Shown here piece by piece: positions 52,334 to 61,904 of a stretch of 64,000 nt of DNA (position 1 is the first letter of the stretch; each line of letters opens with the position of its first letter). The position numbers and the translations under genes are program-made. Under the pieces are notes generated by a model. The model saw only the letters and a program-made list of their open reading frames with translations. It had not been told where the DNA came from and made no database searches. Source of the stretch: Candidatus Poribacteria bacterium (lineage in GTDB: Bacteria; Poribacteria; WGA-4E; WGA-3G); contig CBDANF010000003.1 in the NCBI GenBank assembly GCA_965197475.1, positions 2,656,001 to 2,720,000 of the forward strand, in the 5' to 3' direction.

Positions 52334-53138
52334 ATGGACCGTAAGAAGGATACCGCCTACGGTATCAATCGACTGGAATCCAAGAATGCCAGAGCCGCTA
52401 TTATTCAGAAGATTTCAGCAGACTTTAATCTAATGCCTCTCGTTGCTGAAGCCTACTATAAACAGATTTCCACCTACTTTGAACAGCACGCCGATGTGCA
52501 ACTTACCTCAGGGCAAATCTGCTATGAGGCAGTCGCCGCTGAGGAACCCGCAGGCAAACACATCGCTTTAGCGAAAAAAGTTTCCTGTCGACTCAAGCTC
52601 AACGATGTTGAAGCCGACCTTGAAGTTTTAGCGACTTATGGGCTCGCAGGTCTCAGACGGAGGACCTCGGATCCTCCGATTGACCCAAGAAGCTTATGAC
52701 CAAGAAGCCTTGCTGAGTTATGAGGATTTGGCGGTGTTATTAACCACCAGTCCTGCCACCGTCAAACGCGACATCCGAGCGTTGAAGCAGTCCGGCTATT
52801 TCGTGATGACGCGCGGGGCGAAACACGACATGGGCCCGGGACTGTCTCATAAGACGCAGATTCTCGAGCTGTACTTCAAAGCATACACCTTCACCGAGAT
52901 TGAGCAAAAGACGAACCACTCCGAACGGGCTGTCTACCGCTACTTGAGGGACTTCACACAAGTCGCTACGCTCCATCATCAAGGCTTTCCTAACGCACAG
53001 ATACGCCTGATCACCCATCTATCTGACCGGTTGATCCGCGAGTATCTCTCACTCTATGAGGAATACCAACACACAGATCGCATGACCCAACTCCTTAGCC
53101 CAGAACCTGAGGACACAAAAAAGGGGGACCGCTCATGA
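52334..53138 (+). pseudogene. DUF1670-like multi-HTH protein A, frameshifted at ~52661-52667
   Basis: GGAGG RBS; frames join ...GLAGLRR / RILRLTQEAYDQEALLSYEDLA..TSPATVKRDI..TRGAKHDMGPGLSHK..HSERAVYRYL. Confidence 0.8.
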
Positions 53139-54019
53139 GCAAACCTCTAACCCGCACGCAAATCAACGAGAAGAAATTCAGACGCATCAACGATAAGTCC
53201 CTACGACAGTTGCTCATCCACCGCTTTCTCAATGACTACGGTTATGACAAAGGCGAAGTCACTGCCACCGCCATTGTTGATGATATTCTCAAAACCGTTG
53301 AGGACTATTTCGTGATTACCCTTCCTTTGGAGAAACTCGCCACTGGTGACGCACTCCCAGAGGAGCGGCTGCTGAGCTATGGACACCTCGTTTGGATGGC
53401 TGTCCCCATTGAGGAACATCCAGAGAGAGGAAAGTCCATCGTCAAAACCCGCATGAAACCTGTCATCCTGACTTACCTCGCCGCAGAGGATATTGAATCG
53501 TTTCGCAATGGCTTTACCTCTCGGCAACTGCGGATCAATCGCTTGGTCCGCTGGTGTCATCAAACTTATGACCAAGGTGCCTTATTGACCCAACTCGACT
53601 TGGCAGTCTTGCTCAACGTCTGTGATGCTGTCGTCAGTGATTATGTCAATGAATGGCAAAAAACCACTGGAGAACTCTTGCCCACCCGTGGCAATATCCA
53701 TGACTTATCGGGGGCTATTACCCACAAGAAAGAGATCATAACCCTCTATCTTCAAGGACATCTCACCCCCAGGATTGCCGCAAAGACCAAACACTCTAAG
53801 GAGGCAGTTGACCGATACATCCGCGATTATGAGAGCGTCAAAGTCGTTCACACCGCAACCGCAGATATTGACAAAATCTCACAGATTACACGACTTTCTA
53901 AACGTGTCATCTCTCAATATCTCGACCTCATACCGCAGCACCAACTCCAAGCCATAGATGCAGACCTTGCCAATTCAGACTCAAACGATGAAGCCACTCA
54001 CCAAGGAGAAGCCCAATGA
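53135..54019 (+). CDS. DUF1670-like multi-HTH protein B
   Basis: ATGA overlap with gene A; RLVRWCHQTYDQGALLTQLDLA..PTRGNIHDLSGAITHK..HSKEAVDRYI. Confidence 0.85.
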   Translation: MSKPLTRTQINEKKFRRINDKSLRQLLIHRFLNDYGYDKGEVTATAIVDDILKTVEDYFVITLPLEKLATGDALPEERLLSYGHLVWMAVPIEEHPERGKSIVKTRMKPVILTYLAAEDIESFRNGFTSRQLRINRLVRWCHQTYDQGALLTQLDLAVLLNVCDAVVSDYVNEWQKTTGELLPTRGNIHDLSGAITHKKEIITLYLQGHLTPRIAAKTKHSKEAVDRYIRDYESVKVVHTATADIDKISQITRLSKRVISQYLDLIPQHQLQAIDADLANSDSNDEATHQGEAQ

Positions 54020-54086
54020 GACCCTAATCCTATGTTCCCGACGAACTTTACTTCGCAAAACCGGGGCAGGTGCCTTGAAAGGACGC

Positions 54087-54116
54087 TTGACAGTCCGCTA
54101 TCGGTTTTGCTATACT
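54087..54116 (+). promoter_or_regulatory. Outward-facing sigma70-type promoter in the element's right end
   Basis: TTGACA-N18-TATACT with extended -10 (TGc TATACT). Confidence 0.6.
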
Positions 54117-54122
54117 TTAGAC

Positions 54123-54250
54123 ATGTGGATCGCTCAGCGCATCGTTTCTCAAAGAGGATGCTCGCGATCCCAACGCAACCAACTCATCAACGATCGCTGG
54201 GAAGTTTCCAATAAACATCAGCCTTCCAGCTATCCTATGGTCATTTGATA
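54123..54250 (+). ncRNA. Candidate structured RNA of the DUF1670 element
   Basis: Downstream of promoter; stems GGATCGC/GCGATCC with inner GCATC/GATGC, and GATcGCTGGgAAG/CTTCCAGCtATC with an ~18-nt loop. Confidence 0.35.
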
Positions 54251-57139
54251 CTATTTCAGAATGAGCATTTTTCGTGTTGCTGTGAATTGTCCTGCAGTTA
54301 GGGTGTAGAAATAGACACCGCTTGCGACAGGTTCACCAAGTTCATTTTTTCCATCCCAATGTGCTGCATGGCTGCGATACTCATAGAGTCCGGCAGACTG
54401 ATGCCCTAAAACTAAAGTACGGATCAACTTTCCATCGCCTGAATGGATATGAAGTGTTACATCCGCTGCTTCCGCCAATTGATACGGTATCCAGGTTTCA
54501 GGATTGAATGGATTTGGATAGTTCGGGAGAAGTGCTGTTTTTTGTGGAGCCAGTGCTGCAAGGAGTTGTTCCAATACCAAGATACCGCGTTGAAAAGTGG
54601 GATCAGTTAGTGCTAATTGTCGGGCATCCTGTAACCACTGCTGTACCTGTGTCTTTGTAAGGGTTTTCTTAAGGTCCCGACCCCAGCTTGCGGGCGCAGC
54701 ACTTGAGGAATTTGCCATAGCCGCTGCAACCAAGGTAAGATCTACGATATTAACTATCTCATCACTGTTTACATCCGCCAGATTTCCCCCCTCCTGCCCA
54801 AAATTTGAGGCAACTATTGTCAAATCTTGTATGTCAACGACTCCATCGCCATTCAGGTCGCCTTGTTGAAGTAGAGGTGTCGTTATCTGTCCAACCCCAA
54901 CGCGAGCGTAAAAAACGCCACCTGAGCCATCAGTCAGTCGCACGTTAGATAAGGTTAGCTTAGATGCCTTGGGGGCGACAATTTCAAAGGTAAGTGTGGC
55001 AAGGGTGCCAGCTCCGAAAGTTTCTCCGGCAAGAGACGTTGCCGCAAGCGTTACTGTATTTTCCTTAACAATTGCTGGCACAGAAAACGCCCCCATCGGC
55101 AGAAAACCACCATCAGTACTTCCGACATATCGGAGCGCGGATGTGTCATACCTAACGGTTGCCTGATACCCAGCCACACTTCCTGCATTTTCAATATTAA
55201 GGGAAAACGTAAGCTGCCCATCTATGGCAGGAGAAACCACTGAGGATGGAGAAAAACTAACAGCGGCATAAGTGTTAGTTGAGGGGGTAAAATCCCATAG
55301 GAGTGATGTGCCATCTGAGCTGCTACTTGCAAGCGTGCTCCCATCTGGACTGAGAGCAACGCTCAGAATACCACTTGTATGCCCAGTAAGTGTCTGAAGG
55401 TGTTGACCTGACACAGTATCCCATACACGAACGGTGCGATCATTACTACCACTAACAAGTGTCCCTCCATCCCTACTATAAGCAACGCTCCAGACCCAAT
55501 TCGTATGTTCAGTAAGTGTCTGGAGTTCAACCCCAAAGACAGTATCCCAAATTCGGACAGTGTTATCATCACTGCCGCTCGCAAGCATGTAGCCATTTGG
55601 ACTAAACGCAACGCTTCTCACATAATCCGTATGTCCAATAAGTGTTTGCTTAGGTTCACCGGACGCGACATCCCATAGTTGTATAGTGTCATCTGCACTA
55701 CCACTCGCAATTGTAGAACCATCTGCACTGAAAGCAACACTCAGAACAGAATTTGTGTGCCCAGTGAATGTTTTCAGCTCTTCTCCGGAAGCAGTATCCC
55801 ATAGTTTGATAGTGCCGTCTTGACTCCCACTCGCAATTGTAAACCCATCAGGACTAAAGGCGACACTCCAGACCCAATCCGTGTGTCCTATAAGTGTCCG
55901 AAGGTATTCACCTGTAGATGCATTCCATAACCGGATAGTCCCATCGTCACTACCACTCGCAAGCGTATTTCCATCAGAACTGAAGGCAATACTCCAGACC
56001 CAATCATCATGTCCTATTAACATCTGCTGGTGTTGCCCCGTGGTGGCATCCCACAGATTAATTGTGTTGTCTGAACCACCGGTTGCTACCACGTTTCCAT
56101 TAGTACTGAACGCAACGCTCAAAAAATAATTTGTATACCCAGTTAGCACCTGCCGCTGTCCACCGAAGACAGCATCCCACAAGCGGACAGTGCCATCTGC
56201 ACTACCACTCGCAATTGTGCCTCCACTGGTGCTAAACGCGACACTTAGAACAACATTTGTATGACCAGGAAGTTCCTGTTGCGGTTGTCCAGTAACAGTA
56301 TCCCACAAGCGGACAGTGCCATCTGCACTACCACTCGCAATTGTGCCTCCATTTGGACTAAACGCGACACTATAGACAGGACCTTCATGGCCCGGCAGTG
56401 TCTGCTTGAGCACACCGAAGGCTGTATACCAAAGCCGTATAGTGCCATCACGGCTAGCACTTGCGAGTGTTCCTTCATTCGGACTGAATGCAACACTAAA
56501 GACAGAATCTTCATGTTCAGTAAGGATATATTGTTGTTCACCAGTTGCAACATCCCATAATTGGACAGATGTGTCTAAACTGCCGCTTGCAAGTGTTGCT
56601 CCGGACGGACTGAATGCAACACTCGTAACAGCATCAAAATGCCCGGGAAGCGTCCGCAGGTGTTCACGAGTTGTATAATTCCAAAGTCGTATGGTGCCAT
56701 CAGCACTCCCACTGGCAAGTGTTTGGCTATCTGGACTAAATGCAAGACTCGAAACCACATCTGTGTGGCCCGGAAGTGTCTCTTGAGGTTCGCCAGTTGT
56801 AGTATTCCAAAGTTGGATAGTGCCATCAGCACTCCCACTGGCAAGTGTTTGACTATCTGAACTAAATGCAGCACAGTAAACGGTCTGTGCCTCTCCAGTG
56901 AACAATGCCATCTCCTCATAAGTTTGTGCATTATAAAGCCAAATACCGATAGAACTAACAACAGCCAGACGTGCGCCATCTGGTGAATATGTTAGCTCGC
57001 TTAGCCTACCTTTACCGAGACGCGCTTTCGCGTTTTCCGGTAAACTCAATTGCATAGTGTCTTGAGCAAAGGTTTTGGGTAGAAAAAGCGATGAAACAGA
57101 AAGTAGGGTTAAAAAAATAAATAACAACGTTTTTTTCAT
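54251..57139 (-). CDS. Secreted WD40-cohesin-dockerin-FlgD-like protein (paralog of 1128-4052)
   Basis: Same architecture; ~14 blades but diverged from one another; GDLNGDGVVDIQDL; LLPNYPNPFNPETWIPY. Confidence 0.9.
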   Translation of the reverse strand: MKKTLLFIFLTLLSVSSLFLPKTFAQDTMQLSLPENAKARLGKGRLSELTYSPDGARLAVVSSIGIWLYNAQTYEEMALFTGEAQTVYCAAFSSDSQTLASGSADGTIQLWNTTTGEPQETLPGHTDVVSSLAFSPDSQTLASGSADGTIRLWNYTTREHLRTLPGHFDAVTSVAFSPSGATLASGSLDTSVQLWDVATGEQQYILTEHEDSVFSVAFSPNEGTLASASRDGTIRLWYTAFGVLKQTLPGHEGPVYSVAFSPNGGTIASGSADGTVRLWDTVTGQPQQELPGHTNVVLSVAFSTSGGTIASGSADGTVRLWDAVFGGQRQVLTGYTNYFLSVAFSTNGNVVATGGSDNTINLWDATTGQHQQMLIGHDDWVWSIAFSSDGNTLASGSDDGTIRLWNASTGEYLRTLIGHTDWVWSVAFSPDGFTIASGSQDGTIKLWDTASGEELKTFTGHTNSVLSVAFSADGSTIASGSADDTIQLWDVASGEPKQTLIGHTDYVRSVAFSPNGYMLASGSDDNTVRIWDTVFGVELQTLTEHTNWVWSVAYSRDGGTLVSGSNDRTVRVWDTVSGQHLQTLTGHTSGILSVALSPDGSTLASSSSDGTSLLWDFTPSTNTYAAVSFSPSSVVSPAIDGQLTFSLNIENAGSVAGYQATVRYDTSALRYVGSTDGGFLPMGAFSVPAIVKENTVTLAATSLAGETFGAGTLATLTFEIVAPKASKLTLSNVRLTDGSGGVFYARVGVGQITTPLLQQGDLNGDGVVDIQDLTIVASNFGQEGGNLADVNSDEIVNIVDLTLVAAAMANSSSAAPASWGRDLKKTLTKTQVQQWLQDARQLALTDPTFQRGILVLEQLLAALAPQKTALLPNYPNPFNPETWIPYQLAEAADVTLHIHSGDGKLIRTLVLGHQSAGLYEYRSHAAHWDGKNELGEPVASGVYFYTLTAGQFTATRKMLILK

Positions 57140-57365
57140 TATGAGGATTCTCCTTTACGGCAGCTGGCTTCCGAATGTTTTAGCGTGCGAATCAATTACG
57201 CAATGTTGAATGTTGTTCGTTTAAAAGTGTATCATAAATAGAAGTATATCACAAAAGGATGTGAATGTCAATTTTTAGTGGGAAGCGATGTAGGTTAGAA
57301 TATTGGCAGGCAGCACATACTCAGTGCTTCAACTGTTGACTCTGGTTTATGTCAGGGGTAGGAAC

Positions 57366-58202
57366 TTAAGACCAGACAAATATTTCGTTATCGTCTGGGG
57401 AATACCCGATGAATACTGCCAAGACTATTCTGGCACGCGCCCCTTGAACGGGTGGCACTTCGTGGATACAACGTGTGTTGAAAAAGTAGAGGTCCCCTTG
57501 TCCTAAATTGACTTGACAGTTATCTATTCCGTTCGCAGCAGCATACGTATCAAACGTTTCTGCAGCGATATGTGGTTGAATGTTTTCTGACCAGAGGCAT
57601 CGGTGTAGAATAGCTTGTGTTCCTCTACCGGTTGCATCCGCATTTTGGACGCATAACACACCTGCAAACTGATGTTCAAAGCGGTAAACAGCATAATCGG
57701 CGCGTTGCTCTCGGTATTTGACACTATCAATGTGCGGTTTATAACTATGTGTTTCGTAATGAACGCGGAAGATAGCCGGACCGTAAAGTGATCCGTCCGG
57801 TTCACGTGCAACCTTAACCTCTTTTCCGGGGGAAAGCGCAGCGAGGGATTCGTAAATCAAGTTAACAGGATTATCAAATCCATCAAATAGAAATTGGAAA
57901 AGATGGTGTGTTGCTTCTGCATGCGCTAAAAAACCGGTTTTATCGATGCCACGATTGCCGAGACTCGTACCGATATCAATACGGGTGCGCTTATCGGCAG
58001 AGTTGATGTCTGCCTCGTCGCGCATCAATCCCATATTTGTGAATCTATTGATGAGTCCTTGGCACTGTTCAGGTGAGTACGCTTTCCGGAGAATAATGGC
58101 TGGTATTTCCGCCTGTGAAAGCGAATAAATAGGGTCTTTATACTTTTCACAAACCGTTTTGAGGTCAGGCTCCGCAGGAAACCAATTTGTTTCATTTTGC
58201 AT
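57366..58202 (-). CDS. 2OG-Fe(II) oxygenase-like protein
   Basis: PHID (HxD) ... GDLYFFNTRCIHEV ... ARIV. Confidence 0.7.
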   Translation of the reverse strand: MQNETNWFPAEPDLKTVCEKYKDPIYSLSQAEIPAIILRKAYSPEQCQGLINRFTNMGLMRDEADINSADKRTRIDIGTSLGNRGIDKTGFLAHAEATHHLFQFLFDGFDNPVNLIYESLAALSPGKEVKVAREPDGSLYGPAIFRVHYETHSYKPHIDSVKYREQRADYAVYRFEHQFAGVLCVQNADATGRGTQAILHRCLWSENIQPHIAAETFDTYAAANGIDNCQVNLGQGDLYFFNTRCIHEVPPVQGARARIVLAVFIGYSPDDNEIFVWS

Positions 58203-58282
58203 AAGATACTCACTTCTGTAAATCCGCTTAATCTTGTGTCGTGTGTAGCGATCAGCAATTCAGATAGGCATTATGCTGAAAT

Positions 58283-59107
58283 TTAGAATTTCGGATTGAA
58301 GAGATAATCATCTAATTTCTCGGCTACGAATTCAGCATTATGGTCAAGTTCACTGTTTTCAAAAGCGGCTTCACATCCAGTTTGATATTTCAAACGTCTG
58401 CCTAAACGGAACCAGCGGACACGATGAATCATTGCTATCATGTGGCGTGGTTCGTCAGATTGGTTTGGTACACCACGGTGCCAAAGCCGCATATCGCGAA
58501 TCAACGCGCTCCCTTTTTTCGCAATTGCACGGATTGGTGGCGCGATTTCGCGACGTTCTGCCTCATGTTCTTCATCAATGTGTCGACCACTAACATCCAG
58601 ATGTGATCCGGGCCACAGTTCTACACTGCCGTTCGCTTCCGTTGTGTCTTGAGGTGAAATATTGACAACCACCTCAGCTGCAGGGTGTGCCACTTCCATA
58701 TTTTGCCACAGATGATCACCATCTCTATGAAGCGGTTGTGTGGAACTACCGGGGCAGTTGGTGTTACCGTTATAAAAATTATTGTAAACGCCTGGACCGA
58801 GCAGTTCCTTCGTCACCTGAATAACGTAAGGGTTCGCAACGATGTCACTAAAGATATATGGAGCAAACGGAGGCGGTCCCTGCTGGAGATGCCCTTTGAG
58901 CATCCCTGCACCACCCCATTTTTTCGCTTTAATCAGGATTTGCGAATCGGCATCCATCCGTTCTCGTAATATATCCAGATGCTCATCGTTAATAATGTTC
59001 TCTATGACAACATACCCATCAACGCTAATCGCTTCAACTGCTTGTTTGATATGCGTTTCTGTGAGTTTGCCAGCAGATAATTCATTCGGTTGAGCTGTTA
59101 TTACCAT
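58283..59107 (-). CDS. Phytanoyl-CoA dioxygenase (PhyH) family protein
   Basis: DGYVVIEN, QPLHRD, NGSVELWPGSH, GSALIRDMRLWHRGVPN; start MVITAQ overlaps lysC end. Confidence 0.85.
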   Translation of the reverse strand: MVITAQPNELSAGKLTETHIKQAVEAISVDGYVVIENIINDEHLDILRERMDADSQILIKAKKWGGAGMLKGHLQQGPPPFAPYIFSDIVANPYVIQVTKELLGPGVYNNFYNGNTNCPGSSTQPLHRDGDHLWQNMEVAHPAAEVVVNISPQDTTEANGSVELWPGSHLDVSGRHIDEEHEAERREIAPPIRAIAKKGSALIRDMRLWHRGVPNQSDEPRHMIAMIHRVRWFRLGRRLKYQTGCEAAFENSELDHNAEFVAEKLDDYLFNPKF

Positions 59108-60455
59108 TGAAAAATTCCTCATAGAGTGCTTGAACTGCAATGTCCATATCTGTTGATTTTACGCCAAACATCATGCTAACCTCATTTGAACCTTGGTTGA
59201 TAATTTCTATATTTACTTTCGCACTTGCTAATGCACTTGTTGCTCGTGAGGCTATACCGACAGTGTGCCGCATACCTTCACCGACAACCATGATGAGAGA
59301 TAAGCCTCGCTCTACAGAAACATCTTCAGGCGCGAGCGTTTGCCGAATCTTTTCCACTACCCTTTTCTCTTTTTCAGCAGGTAGATTTTCTTCTCGGAGG
59401 ATGACAGACATATTGTCAATACCGGAGGGAATATGTTCAAAAGAGATATTTTCACCTTCTAATATCTGAAGTAGCCGTCTACCGAACCCTATCTGTCGGT
59501 TCATCAGATACTTGCTAAGGTAGACACAACAGACATTGCTCATCGCGGCAATACCCACAACAGGGATTTTCCTTGAGTTGCAGTGCGGAACAATCAATGT
59601 GCCAGCAGCTTTTGGATTGTGCGTATTTCGGATGTGGACAGGCACCATTGCGCGATACACAGGTTCAAGTGCCTCATCGTGAAATACTGAAAAACCGGCG
59701 TAAGAAAGTTCGCGCATCTCACGGTAGGTTAGTTCCGCAATCGGGGCAGGATTCGGCACAATAGAAGGATTTGCAGCGAACACTGAGTCAACATCTGTGA
59801 AGTTCTCATAGACTTCTGCCCGAACAGCACTGGCGAGAATAGCACCAGTAATATCTGATCCCCCACGAGAAAAGGTTACAATATTGCCTTCTTTTGAATA
59901 TCCGAAAAAGCCTGGGAAGATCGTGATACCGGAACGTTCGCTTAGACTTCGCAGGCGGTTATATGCCTCAGGAAGAACTTGCGCACTGCCCGGTTCGTCG
60001 GACAGTAGTAAGCCAGCGTCCTTCGGATTCACGTAGTGTGCTTCTACGCCGCGTGCTTGCAACACCTGCGCAATTAGACGGGCACAATTATCCTCTCCGC
60101 CTGCCTTCATTGTATCCATATAGAGATCAGCATCGGTTGTGCTGTTTTCTAAACGTTGAGTCAAGTCCTTTGCGATAGGTTCAATAACCTCGGCGGGGAG
60201 TTCCAATTCAGAAGCGATATTCCTGTAACGTTCAATTGCCTCAGCACATTCCGATGCACCGATTTTTCCCATTAGTCTTTCCGATGCGGCTGCAATCAGC
60301 AGGTCGGTTACTTTTATGTCTTGGCTGTGACGTTTTCCGGGTGCTGATACGACAATTAACCGCCGTGTGGAGTCGGTTGTGATAATGTCACAAACTCGGT
60401 GAACCTGCTCGCCTGTTGCGAGGGAACTCCCACCAAACTTTGATACTTTTAACAA
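59082..60455 (-). CDS. lysC: Aspartate kinase
   Basis: VSKFGGSS, VVSAPGK, FSRGGSDITG, FTDVD, two ACT domains. Confidence 0.9.
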   Translation of the reverse strand: MLKVSKFGGSSLATGEQVHRVCDIITTDSTRRLIVVSAPGKRHSQDIKVTDLLIAAASERLMGKIGASECAEAIERYRNIASELELPAEVIEPIAKDLTQRLENSTTDADLYMDTMKAGGEDNCARLIAQVLQARGVEAHYVNPKDAGLLLSDEPGSAQVLPEAYNRLRSLSERSGITIFPGFFGYSKEGNIVTFSRGGSDITGAILASAVRAEVYENFTDVDSVFAANPSIVPNPAPIAELTYREMRELSYAGFSVFHDEALEPVYRAMVPVHIRNTHNPKAAGTLIVPHCNSRKIPVVGIAAMSNVCCVYLSKYLMNRQIGFGRRLLQILEGENISFEHIPSGIDNMSVILREENLPAEKEKRVVEKIRQTLAPEDVSVERGLSLIMVVGEGMRHTVGIASRATSALASAKVNIEIINQGSNEVSMMFGVKSTDMDIAVQALYEEFFNGNNSSTE

Positions 60456-60527
60456 TCCATAGCCTCCAATTCAATGTCGTATGTTGGTAACAATTATACC
60501 ACAGTTCTAATTATTAAAGAAAGGGAT

Positions 60528-60851
60528 TCATAAATCACGTGTGCTGCTTGTCACCGAACCGCCATCATACGTTTGAGGGCCCGTATGCGTATTTCCACAA
60601 GTTACAATGACCGGCACCGGATATTGATGCGTATATGATGGTCCATAAGATGGCACATTCGGATGTTTACATCGCCAAAATGTATACGTGCATCTATCAC
60701 CATTTGAGTTAGTGGTAGTGCACTGTTCTTGAACATGCTGCAAAGTGCTACGATTACACGCATACTCGACATGCCCGCAGTTCCACGCAACAGAGATATG
60801 GGCATCTGCCTGACACGCGTAGAACGCATGTAATGTGCAATAGCCAGACAT
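60528..60851 (-). pseudogene. Cys/His-rich ORF, probably a 3' remnant truncated by IS982
   Basis: 8 Cys and several His in 107 aa; begins ~10 bp from the IS end with no RBS. Confidence 0.4.
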
Positions 60852-60861
60852 ACTATTAATA

Positions 60862-61874
60862 ACGTGAGTTTGATAAATATTTTTAGAAGTTACATATCAT
60901 TGGCAACTGACAGTCTTTTTCCTGAAGTTCTTTATGTTTGAGTAAAGGTTTCTTCTTCAGACAGGTATAAGCGATCAAGGCAGCAACTGTGTTCACTTGA
61001 AAGTTAACAGGACTTCTATGTCGTGTGTGTTGTCCCTCTGTCTGACTTTTGAGTTCTTTATTTACGGACTCAACGAGCATCCGTTTCTTCAAGAGTGCTG
61101 TATCAGCATCAGACAAAGGTTCAGGTTTCATATTCGGACGCACTTTGTAAATGAGGGACACGCCTTCTTCTTGGAGTCTCTCCCGCAGATTTTTGGCGAT
61201 ATATCCTTTATCGGCAAATAGTTTGCCAAAGAGCCCACGACACAACTGTGGCACGGGTTGCCTGTCATCTACGTTTCCCCGTGCCACCATAGCGGACAAC
61301 AGTTCACCTTGGTCGTTGATGACGACATGTAGTTTGAACCCATAGAACCATCCCATAGAAGTTTTAGCACGACCCGCACACTCAGCGAAGACGCGATGCG
61401 TTGAAATCCGACGATTGTGGCAGACCGGAAGGGGTGTTGAGTCTATGAAGGAAATCCCACGACATTCACCGAAACGGGTGTTCAGAAAAATAGACAACGG
61501 AACCAATACCTCTTGTGAGAGCTGCACAAAACGACTATAGCTGACAAGTTTTGGAAACGCCCAACGCAACTGGCAGCAAACATAATCCTGATAATAGGCT
61601 TTAAAGTTTTTATACCGCTTCTGATGAAAATGCACAAGTATCGTCATGACTTCGCTCGGATGAAGACACCGAAGTCTGCCACGGGTATTGCTTGTTCCGG
61701 GGATTTCCGGTAACTGGTGTTGTGCTTGATAGTGTTCGGACGCAAGAAAAAAGTTGTCAATTTCACAGAAAAGTGTTATGATATCCATCAGAGAACTCCT
61801 TTGTCCGTATTTGATATACTTCATAATAACAAAGAGGTTCTCTATTTACCAGTTTTTAATTATCAAACTCACGT
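60862..61874 (-). mobile_element. IS982-family insertion sequence
   Basis: 15-bp perfect TIR ACGTGAGTTTGATAA / TTATCAAACTCACGT; no TSD. Confidence 0.9.
60883..61788 (-). CDS. IS982-family DDE transposase
   Basis: FPKLVSYSRFV, SFIDSTPLPVC, GWFYGFKLH, FADKGY, KRMLVESVN, HTRHRS. Confidence 0.93.
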   Translation of the reverse strand: MDIITLFCEIDNFFLASEHYQAQHQLPEIPGTSNTRGRLRCLHPSEVMTILVHFHQKRYKNFKAYYQDYVCCQLRWAFPKLVSYSRFVQLSQEVLVPLSIFLNTRFGECRGISFIDSTPLPVCHNRRISTHRVFAECAGRAKTSMGWFYGFKLHVVINDQGELLSAMVARGNVDDRQPVPQLCRGLFGKLFADKGYIAKNLRERLQEEGVSLIYKVRPNMKPEPLSDADTALLKKRMLVESVNKELKSQTEGQHTRHRSPVNFQVNTVAALIAYTCLKKKPLLKHKELQEKDCQLPMICNF

Positions 61875-61904
61875 TTTTCTACTCAATTTGCGTAAGTCCT
61901 GTAA

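Larger units (their letters stand above)
52240..54251 (+). mobile_element. Putative IS-like element encoding two DUF1670-like proteins
   Basis: TIR GTATCAAATG (52240-52249) / CATTTGATAC (54242-54251); right end abuts the WD40 gene stop codon; no TSD seen. Confidence 0.65.

Noticed and set aside
53958-54248. 96-aa third gene of the DUF1670 element
   Set aside because: Overlaps gene B, has no RBS or recognisable domain, and the region is better explained by promoter plus RNA stems
57249-57264. CRP site upstream of the WD40 gene
   Set aside because: Half-sites are in the reverse order (TCACA-N6-TGTGA); it may be another operator in the promoter spacer but cannot be assigned
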